DNA of 64,000 bases, from assembly GCA_046328265.1 (NCBI GenBank), contig JAXLWW010000019.1, positions 3,370-67,369 of the forward strand, written 5' to 3'. The position numbers were made by a program, and so were the translations under genes. Positions 1 to 8,633 of the stretch are shown here, piece after piece (position 1 is the first letter of the stretch; each line of letters begins with the position of its first letter). The notes beneath the pieces are model-generated. The model had not been told where the DNA came from and ran no database searches. It saw only the letters and a program-made list of their open reading frames with translations. Source of the DNA: Dehalococcoidia bacterium (lineage in GTDB: Bacteria > Chloroflexota > Dehalococcoidia > SpSt-223).

Positions 1-676
1 CGATGATGTCATCCTCGGGCGTCACGCCGAGATCGCGGTAGATGGCCGCTAACTCGTCAGGCGACTTCAGTCGACCGTCCGGGTTGATGTTTGCGGTGTA
101 CTCGAGGTGGATTGCGCCGGGAATGGCGCCGCCGTGCTTGGAACGTACATTTTCACCACGGTACTCCGCGAGTGACCGAGTATCGAGAATCACCGATCCG
201 GAACGGCCAATTGCGGCCCGGGTTTCCTCCCAGCCAGCCAATGCCGCGGGATTCCATTCCGCGTGGTAGACCGTCGGTGTCGACACTGCCTCGCCGGTCT
301 CGATTGCACCGTCGGCCGCTCGCCAAATCGGCAATCCTCCATCGAGGAGATAGACTTCCTGCTGGCCCAGCACCGTCAAGACCCACAGACCGCGGGCTGC
401 CATGCCGTCGGTGCTGTCACCGTAGACGACCACCGTGTCCTGTCGAGTGAACCCAACGTTGCCGAACGCCTGCTCGTGCTGGCTGCGAAAACCCTGCAAC
501 CCTTCCGTCGACGAGTCCCACCAATGGAGGTCGAAGATGTCGACGTTCACCGCGCCCGGTAGATGGCCGAGCAGATACTGCTCGGGCTTGCGGACGTCGA
601 GTATCCGGACGCCAGGGTCGCCGAGCCGAGCCTTCAGCCATTCCGGGTCGACCAGTGCTCCGCGCGGGGCGCTCAT
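1..676 (-). CDS. Rhodanese-domain sulfurtransferase (thiosulfate/3-mercaptopyruvate type); 3' end lies beyond the window edge
   Basis: Hand translation of the minus strand from ATG at 676-674 gives MSAPRGALVDPEWLKARLGDPGVRILDVRKPEQYLLGHLPGAVNVDIFDLHWWDSSTEG...VVVYGDSTDGMAARGLWVLTVLGQQEVYLLDGGLPIWRAADGAI..., a rhodanese-like pattern. The start overlaps the upstream stop (ATGA, 676-673). It is missing from the ORF track only because the window truncates it. Confidence 0.75.
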   Translation of the reverse strand, partial: MSAPRGALVDPEWLKARLGDPGVRILDVRKPEQYLLGHLPGAVNVDIFDLHWWDSSTEGLQGFRSQHEQAFGNVGFTRQDTVVVYGDSTDGMAARGLWVLTVLGQQEVYLLDGGLPIWRAADGAIETGEAVSTPTVYHAEWNPAALAGWEETRAAIGRSGSVILDTRSLAEYRGENVRSKHGGAIPGAIHLEYTANINPDGRLKSPDELAAIYRDLGVTPEDDII

Positions 677-1524
677 CGAATACCCGCCGGCGAGCGCTCG
701 GCCAACCAAGCCCGCAGCGCATCGCTAAACAAATCGGGCTGGTCGCCGGGGACGAGGTGGCCGGCACCCGGAATTACCACATAGCTGGCGTCTGGCAGCG
801 CATCGACGAAGACCCGCGCTTCCTCTTCGCCCATGACGTGGCTCTTCTCGCCACGAACAATCAGAACCGGTAGCTTCAGCTCATGGACAAAAGGCCAGAG
901 GTCCGGCCGGGCCCGTTCGATGGTGTGGTCGCGGAAGTAGCGGTCGTACTTCCAGGTCCAATTCCCGTTGGGAAGTTGCTTCAGATTATGTTGAAGGCTC
1001 CCGCGAAAGCTCTCCTTCTCCCGCAGTGGGTTGTATCTTGCGGCGCGGTCGACGAAGGCTTCAAAGCTTTCGAGTTCGTCGTCCATCTTCATGAAGTTGC
1101 GGATCTCGCGACCCCCACTCTCAATCGTCTTTGGCCCGGCATCGACCACAACAAGCCCGCGCAAAGACTCTTGATGTTTGGCCGCGTAGCGAATTGCGTT
1201 CATCCCACCCATCGACAGCCCAACGAGCAGGAGGTTGTGGAGGCCAAGTTGATCGACGACGCTTTCGAGGTCGGATTGCCACGCCTCGGGTGTGTACTGA
1301 TGGTCCGGCGACCAGTCGCTGTCACCATGGCCGCGTTGGTCGAGCGAAACGATGTAATGGTCCTGGCCGAGGTCCATCGCAACGAAGTCCCAACTGTGGG
1401 CCTGCTGTCCAATGCCATGGAGCATCAAGATTGGCGGGTTGTCCGGGTCTCCCCAGGCCAGGTAATGGAGCCTCAAGCCGTCGACGACGACTTCGCCGTG
1501 GCGCGGTGTAATGTCTGCCCTCAC
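673..1524 (-). CDS. Alpha/beta-fold hydrolase
   Basis: 283-aa ORF with LMLHGIGQQAHSW, nucleophile elbow GLSMGG and a C-terminal GAGHLVP motif. The GTG start lies 5 nt after GGAGG. Confidence 0.8.
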   Translation of the reverse strand: MRADITPRHGEVVVDGLRLHYLAWGDPDNPPILMLHGIGQQAHSWDFVAMDLGQDHYIVSLDQRGHGDSDWSPDHQYTPEAWQSDLESVVDQLGLHNLLLVGLSMGGMNAIRYAAKHQESLRGLVVVDAGPKTIESGGREIRNFMKMDDELESFEAFVDRAARYNPLREKESFRGSLQHNLKQLPNGNWTWKYDRYFRDHTIERARPDLWPFVHELKLPVLIVRGEKSHVMGEEEARVFVDALPDASYVVIPGAGHLVPGDQPDLFSDALRAWLAERSPAGIR

Positions 1525-1602
1525 CGAAACCTCCGCGGACCGTAGGTGTGGGCGATTGTATCCAACGCTTGGCGATTGGGCTAGTGATGCGCCAACTCGT
1601 CG

Positions 1603-2469
1603 CTACGGCGCAGCGGGAAAGCCCCATTTCTTGAGGATCGCCTGACCCGACGGTCCGGCGACAAACGTGATGAACGCTTGGGCCAGATCCGCCCGCTTGC
1701 TTTCCCTAACTTGAGCAATCGGGTAGAGGGCAATGACGTTAAAGCGGTCCGGGATCGGGATCTGCTTGACACTGCCGGCGGTTTGCGGCGTGAGGTCGGT
1801 CGCATAGACGACCGCAGCGTCGGCTTCACCCAACTGCACTTTCGCCAAGACCTGGCGGACGTTGGGCTCCTCCGAGACGATGTTCCGCCCGACGCCATCG
1901 GCGAAGGATGAGCCAAAGGTTGGGTCCGCCGCCATCCGCGCGATGGAATCGCGGGCGTAGGCACCGACCGGAACGTCCTTCTGCGCGAGTACGATCTTGA
2001 GGTTGGGCCGAGCCAGATCGTTCAAGGATTGAATCTTGCCCGGGTTGTCCTTCGGCGTCACGACCACCAGTTTGTTTGACGCAAAAGGAACGGGTGTCCC
2101 TGAGATAACGCCATTCTTGACCGCGAGATCCATTTGCTCGATGTTCGCACTGGCGAACACGTCTGCGAACGCACCTTGCTCGATCTGCGTTCGGAGCTGT
2201 GGGCTACCACCAAAATTCAAGACGACGCGCGCCTGTGGATTGGCCGCCTGGAAGGCAGCCGCGATCTCGTCGAACGCCTCCGTCAGCGAGGACGCGGCAA
2301 AGACCGTCAGTTCGCCCGAAAGCGGCGGCGGTGCGCTTGGCGGCTGAGGAGCACCCGGCGAGGCAGGGGTCTGGACCGTTGGACCGGCTGAGCCGGTCGG
2401 CGGTGGGGCGCTGCACCCGACGAGCATCATGAGTGTTGCGGCCGCCCACAAGAACCTGTCAACCCGCAT
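1603..2469 (-). CDS. modA: Molybdate ABC transporter substrate-binding lipoprotein
   Basis: 288 aa with a lipoprotein-type signal (LVGCSA). It carries the ModA-like core LTVFAASSLTEAFDEIAAAFQAANPQARVVLNFGGSPQLRTQIEQGAFADVFASAN. GGAGGA precedes the ATG. Confidence 0.85.
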   Translation of the reverse strand: MRVDRFLWAAATLMMLVGCSAPPPTGSAGPTVQTPASPGAPQPPSAPPPLSGELTVFAASSLTEAFDEIAAAFQAANPQARVVLNFGGSPQLRTQIEQGAFADVFASANIEQMDLAVKNGVISGTPVPFASNKLVVVTPKDNPGKIQSLNDLARPNLKIVLAQKDVPVGAYARDSIARMAADPTFGSSFADGVGRNIVSEEPNVRQVLAKVQLGEADAAVVYATDLTPQTAGSVKQIPIPDRFNVIALYPIAQVRESKRADLAQAFITFVAGPSGQAILKKWGFPAAP

Positions 2470-2509
2470 GGCTCGTCCTCCGGTCGCTCCTTCTCAGGAC
2501 TTCGCTGCC

Positions 2510-2538
2510 ATTCTCACAGAATCAACAATTCATGTCAA
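2510..2538 (-). promoter_or_regulatory. Putative sigma-70-type promoter of modA (TTGACA-N17-GAGAAT) in a local AT-rich island
   Basis: The minus strand reads TTGACA (2538-2533), a 17-nt spacer, then GAGAAT (2515-2510), about 40 nt upstream of the modA ATG. It overlaps the imperfect palindrome AACAATT-N9-AACTGTT (2524-2546). Confidence 0.4.
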
Positions 2539-2706
2539 TAACTGTTAGATTGTAGCGCAACCTGTCGTTCGAAAGACGCCGCTAGCCGACAGGGGTTCGC
2601 GAGGCCAAGGGAAGGAGAAAACACTCAGCGTGCTAGCAAAGGCGCTGAACCGAAGGGATACAACCATCCATGGCGGGCGCACTGCGGCGTTACCGGTTGC
2701 GTCGTC

Positions 2707-4275
2707 TCAACGCACGCGGTAGGCGCTGTCGAAGTTGAACATTCGCAGAGAAGGGATTTCCAAGCCACGAATATTTGGCGCGACCACGGTGTAGCCCGGC
2801 TGGATGATCAGGAACAGAAAGGGAACATCTTCGCGCTGGAGGCGGTTTGCCTCACGCATCAATGCTCCACGACGAACTGGGTCACGCTCGGTGCTTGCCT
2901 CGGCGATCAGTCGGTCCCATTCGCGGTTACAGTACCAACGGCCGGCCGGGCCGCCTCCCGAAGGGCTGGAGCAGCCGAGAAGGCTGCGCATCGAGGTGGC
3001 AAACCCGTTCGAATCGATAGTCACCGTTCCAAAGAGTTCGGCCTTGAGTTGTCCGTTGCGTCCGTACGCCTTTTCGAGAAAAGCGTTCGCTTCGAGCGGC
3101 ACAATCGGAACGTCGATCCCCGCCTCGGCAAGCGACGACTGAACAGCGAGGGCGATCTCGGTAGGGATGATGTTTGGCTGGTACTCAATCCCCGAGTCGA
3201 TTCGGAGACCGGCCGGATATCCCGCTTCGGTCAAGAGATGCCGAGCCCGGCTCAGATCATGGGGGAAGGGTATCGCAGCCGAGTCCCAATACTGGCTTCC
3301 CGGAGAGGCATACTGGCCAACCGGCTCTGAACCATAAAAGAGCGATGCGATCGCGGCCTTGTCCACCGCGTAGTTGAGCGCAAGACGAACCCGCCGATCG
3401 CGGAGTGGCGATGTCCTCAGGGTAAGCGCGCCATCGGGAAACGCAAGCGCCATCGTCGCCAGCGGGAAGGTCATGACCGTCATCCCGCCATCTTGCAGCA
3501 GATCAACCTGGCTGGCGGTGAAGGTCTGAACAGCAGCGATGTCCGCTTCGCCGCTGCGAAGCCCATTGATTTTCTGAACCGGGTCGACCATCGCAAGAAA
3601 CCGGATTTCGTCTGCGATCGGCCGTCGAAATGCGTGCAGACGCCCGCCCGGACCAGCCGACCTTTTCTTCACCGTCAACGAGACACCAGGTCGATAGTCG
3701 TCGATTTGGTACGGTCCCGAACCGGCTGGTGAGGCGGTGAACTGATCCATGCCAACCCGTTCGATGTGCGCCTTGGGCAGTACCCACAAATAGGCCAGAT
3801 TGTTCGGGATGGTGATATCCGGCGTCCGGGTCGCCAGCACTACCGTCGTCCGGTCGGTGGCGGTGGCGCTCGCAACGCTGCTGAAGAGCGCGGCCTGAGG
3901 CCAGCGCCGTTGGCGAAGTTGGTCGAAGCTGAAAGCAATATCGTCGGCGGTGAGCGCGGAACCGTCCGGCCAGGTCATATCCGGGCGAATGACCAGCGTC
4001 CAAGCTGAACCATCTTGCGATAGGTCCCAGCGCTGAGCGACCGATGGCCGCACCGCGAAATCGGGTCCAAACTGGGTTACGCTGTCGTAGAGTGTCCAAA
4101 AGATCGAATGGCCGACCGAACCGGCCGCCGGTGTCAAGTTGGCCGGGATCAGACCGGATATCACCCGAAGGTGCTGCGGGATATCCGTTGGCGGCAGGTC
4201 TGGCGCGCTCGGCGACGGCAGCGCTGGCGTGCAGGCGAGCGCCAGCAGTCCGAGCACGAGCGCGATCTGGCGCAC
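2707..4275 (-). CDS. ABC transporter substrate-binding protein, family 5 (peptide/nickel type)
   Basis: 522 aa with a lipoprotein-like N-terminus (LLALACTP). Length and composition are typical of the DppA/OppA family. The GTG start follows GGGAGGA. Confidence 0.8.
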   Translation of the reverse strand: MRQIALVLGLLALACTPALPSPSAPDLPPTDIPQHLRVISGLIPANLTPAAGSVGHSIFWTLYDSVTQFGPDFAVRPSVAQRWDLSQDGSAWTLVIRPDMTWPDGSALTADDIAFSFDQLRQRRWPQAALFSSVASATATDRTTVVLATRTPDITIPNNLAYLWVLPKAHIERVGMDQFTASPAGSGPYQIDDYRPGVSLTVKKRSAGPGGRLHAFRRPIADEIRFLAMVDPVQKINGLRSGEADIAAVQTFTASQVDLLQDGGMTVMTFPLATMALAFPDGALTLRTSPLRDRRVRLALNYAVDKAAIASLFYGSEPVGQYASPGSQYWDSAAIPFPHDLSRARHLLTEAGYPAGLRIDSGIEYQPNIIPTEIALAVQSSLAEAGIDVPIVPLEANAFLEKAYGRNGQLKAELFGTVTIDSNGFATSMRSLLGCSSPSGGGPAGRWYCNREWDRLIAEASTERDPVRRGALMREANRLQREDVPFLFLIIQPGYTVVAPNIRGLEIPSLRMFNFDSAYRVR

Positions 4276-4340
4276 CAGCCGATATCCTCCCGATTGTGGT
4301 CTCTCGTCCGAAGTTTGCCGAAATTGTACTCTGACATCGA

Positions 4341-4362
4341 GTTGACCGACGCCTGTGTCAAC
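4341..4362. promoter_or_regulatory. Perfect inverted repeat GTTGAC-N10-GTCAAC upstream of the family-5 SBP gene (candidate operator or -35 elements)
   Basis: GTTGAC lies at 4341-4346 and GTCAAC at 4357-4362. The repeat is about 65-85 nt upstream of the SBP start at 4275. A TACAAT box on the minus strand lies at 4328-4323. Confidence 0.3.
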
Positions 4363-4790
4363 GCAGCGAGATCAACGGCGACGTGAGATACCCGAGGTAC
4401 CATCGATTTGAGCGGGATTGGTCTGGCTGGCCCTGTGGGGGAGATTGCGACCGACGCGCCTGCGCACCATCCGGGTGACGCGCTGCTCGTCGCGATGGAC
4501 CAATACCCAGTCTCGACCATGGTCGATGCCGCTACAAAGGCTGACAGCGGAATGCGCGTCTCCACTGACCGCAATCATCCCGTCGCGCCGCACCTCCGCC
4601 TCATCAACCGTCGCCGCTTTCCAAGACGCGGCGCTTGGCTCTGTCAGAGACCGTCCGGGCAAGACACATCATGCCAGCAGGCCGCTGCGCTGCCGTCGCG
4701 CGCTCCCCACCCGACCGTTCGTTATCGATCGCGAGCCACCAACGGTGACCAACCGGGCAGAGGTGCGTGGTTGGGCGCGTTTACGCCGTT

Positions 4791-4807
4791 CGTGCTCTCG
4801 GAGCACG
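4791..4807 (-). terminator. Possible stem-loop terminator after the DUF3052-like gene
   Basis: CGTGCTC-tcg-GAGCACG forms a 7-bp stem with a 3-nt loop, 38 nt past the stop at 4845. There is no U-tract, so the call is weak. Confidence 0.3.
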
Positions 4808-4844
4808 ATGGAGCGGCTGTTCTCTCTCTACCGCGTATTGCTGG

Positions 4845-5366
4845 CTAATGGGCGCGGCGGCAGAACCGGAAGCCGTACTCACAGTCGGAGAGGCAGGCCA
4901 CCCGGTTGTCAATCAGCCCGGCGGCCTGCCCAGCGCGGAGAATTTCGGCATGGTCGATGCCCGGCCCGCCACAGCCCTGGCGGCCTGGTCTGGCGGAGAC
5001 GACCCAAATCTGGGCGGACGGTCGAAGACTCTCGGCAAGTTCGAGCAATTCGCGATGGAGCGATGCGACGTTGCTTGGCCAGAACAGCACGAGATCGGCC
5101 TGGTCAGCCCGCTTGGCCAGCGGCTGGCGCGAGGCATCATAGAGCCCTTCGATAATGGTGGCATCGCCACGGCCACAGATGAAGATTGACTCACCATCGT
5201 GGATGCTCAGCCTGCTATTGACGTCCGAGGTGGTCTGAGGCTTGGGATTTTCTTGCCGGCTGTCGGCCGGCGACGGAACAACCACGGGCAAAGCTTCAAC
5301 GTCGTACCAGCGCGCGGCACTGATCGTCACGCGCTCCAATCCGGTCAAACGGTCGTCGATAGCCAT
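4845..5366 (-). CDS. DUF3052-like conserved hypothetical protein
   Basis: The track ORF 4845..5549 was trimmed to the internal ATG at 5366, which is preceded by GGAGGAAC. The pattern ADLVLFWP...LRPSAQIWVVSARPGR...HAEILRAGQAAGLIDNRV resembles the actinobacterial DUF3052 family. Confidence 0.6.
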   Translation of the reverse strand: MAIDDRLTGLERVTISAARWYDVEALPVVVPSPADSRQENPKPQTTSDVNSRLSIHDGESIFICGRGDATIIEGLYDASRQPLAKRADQADLVLFWPSNVASLHRELLELAESLRPSAQIWVVSARPGRQGCGGPGIDHAEILRAGQAAGLIDNRVACLSDCEYGFRFCRRAH

Positions 5367-5457
5367 GGCGGTTCCTCCGCGATTTACCGTAGCCGAATGG
5401 TACTCCCGAATTGTGGCCCTGCTGATTGACTTTCGCCGGGATTTACATAGACATCGT

Positions 5458-6033
5458 CTATGATCTCGGAAGCCGCACCGACAGGGACCGACTTTCGGCA
5501 TCGACAAAGCGCCAGGGCCGGTTCGCCCACTCTCCGGCATACGCGACATTGATGCGCGGGGTGGTCGCGATCCGTGCGGGGCGCTCGCCCCGGTCCTCTA
5601 CTACCAATGGCGGTTGAAGAAGGTCATGTCCGGACAGGGAGCGGTCGATCCCGAGGGCTGCGCACAGGCGGCCCGGGCCGTTGGTTCGCCCGACGACTCC
5701 CTCGCCTGGCTCCAGTGCACGGATTAACAGTGACGCCGGCTGACCTTCGGTTTCGGTCACGACATTGATCAGGTGATACATACCGTAAATCAGGTACACA
5801 TAGGCGTGGCCACCAGGACCGAACATCGGCCAGGTCCTGGCCGTCCGGCCGACCCGGCAATGGCAAGCCTGGTCGTCTTGGCCGATATACGCCTCAATTT
5901 CGACGATCTTTCCGGCGCGCCGCTGCCCGCCCATCTCGTGAACGAGAAACTTGCCAAGCAGTTCGGGCGCGACTTCGAGCGTCGGCCGCGTATAGAACTC
6001 GCGCGGAAGGATCGGACCGGCGGCTCCGATCAC
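5458..6033 (-). CDS. mpg: DNA-3-methyladenine glycosylase (AAG/Mpg family)
   Basis: 191 aa with FYTRPTLEVAPELLGKFLV...GKIVEIEAYIGQDDQACH...GPGGHAYVYLIYGMYHLINVV, which is characteristic of the Mpg family. Confidence 0.85.
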   Translation of the reverse strand: MIGAAGPILPREFYTRPTLEVAPELLGKFLVHEMGGQRRAGKIVEIEAYIGQDDQACHCRVGRTARTWPMFGPGGHAYVYLIYGMYHLINVVTETEGQPASLLIRALEPGEGVVGRTNGPGRLCAALGIDRSLSGHDLLQPPLVVEDRGERPARIATTPRINVAYAGEWANRPWRFVDAESRSLSVRLPRS

Positions 6034-6086
6034 CGGGATGCTCCGGCTGGTATGATCGCACGAGGACAGGACAGCCGAGGGGTTCG

Positions 6087-6524
6087 ATGGACTACATGTT
6101 CGGCCAGAATTTTGACGATATCGAGCGAAACTTCGATCGCGCGGAGGTCATCTCCGTTTATTTTCCGCTGTTGGCGCGGACGTTGGTGCTCGACCTGCGC
6201 ACGGATGAGTCCAGCGAGCCGTTCATTCGTGTCATGCCGATGGTAGGTTCGATTGAGGAACGCTACCGGATCTTGAAGAAGCTGCGGCCGCAGTTCTCCC
6301 AGCCCGAAGAGATCACGCTGGTTCCCTGGCCAAAGTATGTCGAGTCGTTGGTTCGATTGGGTCTGTGGGACCGGCTGACCCGGCGTCTGCGCGATGGTGG
6401 CTTCTACGGTAGTCTTGCTGACGCCGGGCAGGCACTTGATGAGCTTCGAGAGTTGGAGCATGCGACAGTCCAATCGGCAATTAAGGGCCGTGGGTTTCGG
6501 ACTCTCTGGCCGTCGACTCGCTAA
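6087..6524 (+). CDS. Hypothetical protein
   Basis: 145-aa ORF with coding-like codon usage and balanced composition. I recognise no motif. Confidence 0.5.
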   Translation: MDYMFGQNFDDIERNFDRAEVISVYFPLLARTLVLDLRTDESSEPFIRVMPMVGSIEERYRILKKLRPQFSQPEEITLVPWPKYVESLVRLGLWDRLTRRLRDGGFYGSLADAGQALDELRELEHATVQSAIKGRGFRTLWPSTR

Positions 6525-6807
6525 CCGTGGGCGGGGGTCCATTGCCGTCGATGAGTCCGGTGCCCGCGCCAAGGTCGAGATCGACGAAGCAGTCGGCCTC
6601 GCGGAGGTCGGTGAGACACAGCCGAAACATGAAATCGGCAGCGCGCAGACCAAGATCCTCGACGACATCCAGCCGACCGCCCCATTTGCCCGGCAAGTCG
6701 TCGTGTGGTGCAATAATCCAGATCTGGACGTGTATCCGCGCCGTCGGTTCCTCACGATCAAACGCCGTCAACGTCGCTTCGGATTCGATGTCCCAAGTTG
6801 GTTCCAT
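6481..6807 (-). CDS. Hypothetical acidic protein
   Basis: 108-aa ORF with GC-rich third positions and a protein-like sequence (TWDIESEATLTAFDREEPTARIHVQIWIIAPHDDLPGKWGG...). It overlaps the 3' end of 6087..6524 by 44 nt. Confidence 0.45.
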   Translation of the reverse strand: MEPTWDIESEATLTAFDREEPTARIHVQIWIIAPHDDLPGKWGGRLDVVEDLGLRAADFMFRLCLTDLREADCFVDLDLGAGTGLIDGNGPPPTVSESTARESETHGP

Positions 6808-7325
6808 TCCCCGATTGTAGCCGAGCCGCTGTGAACGACCGGCTAAAGGGCGCCGAGCGCATCGGGCAATCGCTGAAGGATCGCAAGGAAACGGTCGCGG
6901 TCGCCGAGACGTCGGCGGGTGGGCTGCTCCTGGCTACTCTCCTCGGCGTCGCCGGTGCATCCGCCTGGGTCGTCGGCGGGGTGGTTCCGTATTCGAACGA
7001 GGCACGAGTGGCGCTGCTGGGCCCATCGGCGCTTGCGGAAGGCAGCGTGGTCGACGAAGTTGCCGCGCTCGCTCTGGCGCGGGCCGTTCGCGTACGGCTC
7101 GGCGCGGACTGGGGCATCGGCGAGAGCGGTATCGCCGGCCCGCAGCAGGGCCGACGCTCCGCCAAACCGGCCGGGATGATCTGCCTAGCCGTGGTCGGTC
7201 CCACCATCGAGCGTACGAGAACCGTCGTGCTTGAAGACCTCGGACGGCGGGCGAATATGCAAGCGTTTGCCCGGGAAGGACTGCAACTGCTGGAGGAGTG
7301 TCTCGGCAAATCCCTTGCACGATAG
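6798..7325 (+). CDS. pncC: CinA C-terminal-type nicotinamide-nucleotide amidohydrolase (PncC domain)
   Basis: Contains ETVAVAETSAGGLLLATLLGVAGASAWVVGGVVPYSNEARVALLG...GESGIAGP. By alignment to PncC N-termini, the true start is probably the GTG at 6831 (VNDRLKGAERIGQSLK...). Confidence 0.75.
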   Translation: MVPFPDCSRAAVNDRLKGAERIGQSLKDRKETVAVAETSAGGLLLATLLGVAGASAWVVGGVVPYSNEARVALLGPSALAEGSVVDEVAALALARAVRVRLGADWGIGESGIAGPQQGRRSAKPAGMICLAVVGPTIERTRTVVLEDLGRRANMQAFAREGLQLLEECLGKSLAR

Positions 7326-7378
7326 CAGGCGAGCTACCTATCATCGTCACGCCGGCCGGCCGGTGGAAGGTGCTGTCG

Positions 7379-8182
7379 ATGGAAGGCCTGATTTGTACGC
7401 TCTTCGCGTTCCTGATCCAATGCGGACCGGGGACGGTGATCCCGACCCCGCCAGCCGTCGTGACCGTCACTCCGCCGCCGGTCACCGCGACGGCTCAGCC
7501 CGCCCCGACCGCTAGCCCCAGTCCACCGCCACCGACTGCCACGCCGGCCGCCGCCCGACTGAAGCTGCCGCCACCGGCGGGAGCACCGGAGATCGTCCGG
7601 GGTGAGACCACCTCGACGATGGTCGCGCTCACCTTCGACGCCGGGTCTGGGACGCGAAACACCCCAGCGATCCTCGATGCGCTCAAGGCGGCAAATCTCA
7701 AGGTTACGATGTTCCTGACCGGACAGTGGGCTGAACAGTATCCCGACTTGGTCAAGCGAATCGTCGCCGACGGCCACGAACTTGCCAATCACAGCTATAC
7801 CCATCCCGACTTCACGACGGTGAACTCGTCGGTGCTGGTTGACGAGTTGCAGCGAACCGAGCACCTGGTCCGTGAGCTTACCGGCAAGAGCACGAAACCC
7901 TGGTTCCGGCCGCCGTTCGGGGCGCGCAATGCGCGCGTCCTCGACGTCCTCGGGCGCGAAGGCTACTACTCGGTCTATTGGACGCTCGATTCCGGCGACT
8001 GGCGCACCGACTACTCGAATATGGACGTATTGAACCTGGTCTCGACGCGGGCAGCGGGCGGTTCGATCGTGGTGCAGCACCTCGATTCGCCACAATCCGC
8101 AGCGGTTCTGCCGCAAATCATCCAGCGTCTTACGGCGAGGGGGTTGTCGATTGTCACGTTGAGCCGACTCTTCGCCGAATAG
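7379..8182 (+). CDS. Polysaccharide deacetylase (NodB domain), probable lipoprotein
   Basis: Shows ALTFDAGSG...MFLTGQWAEQYPDLVKRIVADGHELANHSYTHPDFT. The track ORF (7298) was trimmed to the ATG at 7379, which follows GGAAGG. The N-terminus MEGLICTLFAFLIQCGPG looks like a lipobox. Confidence 0.8.
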   Translation: MEGLICTLFAFLIQCGPGTVIPTPPAVVTVTPPPVTATAQPAPTASPSPPPPTATPAAARLKLPPPAGAPEIVRGETTSTMVALTFDAGSGTRNTPAILDALKAANLKVTMFLTGQWAEQYPDLVKRIVADGHELANHSYTHPDFTTVNSSVLVDELQRTEHLVRELTGKSTKPWFRPPFGARNARVLDVLGREGYYSVYWTLDSGDWRTDYSNMDVLNLVSTRAAGGSIVVQHLDSPQSAAVLPQIIQRLTARGLSIVTLSRLFAE

Positions 8183-8218
8183 TCTTAAGCACCCTCTGAT
8201 ACAATCGGGCTAGTACTC

Positions 8219-8629
8219 GTGCGGGCGGGCGATTTCGTGAAAGGCGCAATCCTTGGCGCCGTGGTCTTGGCGCTGGTCGTGCTCGTGCTGCGGAGCGGTG
8301 GACTCGCGCCGGTGTCCAGCGAGCCCGCGCTGCCCGACGACCAAGCGGCGATCCTGCTGGTGCGATCATTCGAACCGGTTCCCGGGCGGCCGCAGTCGAT
8401 CGACGACCGTATCTCGACCGTGATCGAGAACTCGCGTCTCGCCGGACAGGCCCAGGAGGTGGTTGGCTGGAGCGCGAAAGACCTCGGCGACCGCCGCTAC
8501 CTCGTCCATTTCGCGCTGAGGGAAAATGGCGTTTGGATCGGCGCGGAGTGGTTCGTCAACTTGAAGAACGGCTGGATCAACCCGACGAACCAGTACGCCT
8601 CCTGGCTCATGTTCGAACGCAGTTTCTAG
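8219..8629 (+). CDS. Hypothetical N-terminally membrane-anchored protein
   Basis: 136 aa with a GTG start and a single TM helix (GAILGAVVLALVVLVL) followed by a soluble domain. Confidence 0.55.
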   Translation: MRAGDFVKGAILGAVVLALVVLVLRSGGLAPVSSEPALPDDQAAILLVRSFEPVPGRPQSIDDRISTVIENSRLAGQAQEVVGWSAKDLGDRRYLVHFALRENGVWIGAEWFVNLKNGWINPTNQYASWLMFERSF

Positions 8630-8633
8630 CGCG

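Noticed and set aside
2470-2706. Possible Moco riboswitch upstream of modA
   Set aside because: The putative promoter leaves a leader of only about 35 nt. I could not find the conserved Moco-motif blocks on the minus strand.
4408-5155. Plus-strand ORFs 4408..4848 and 4418..5155
   Set aside because: Their 3' portions are antisense to the DUF3052-like gene and extremely Arg-rich. Only the first ~80 codons of 4408..4848 look remotely protein-like, and that part mirrors an equally plausible minus-strand ORF. The status is unresolved (see the finding for 4276-4844).
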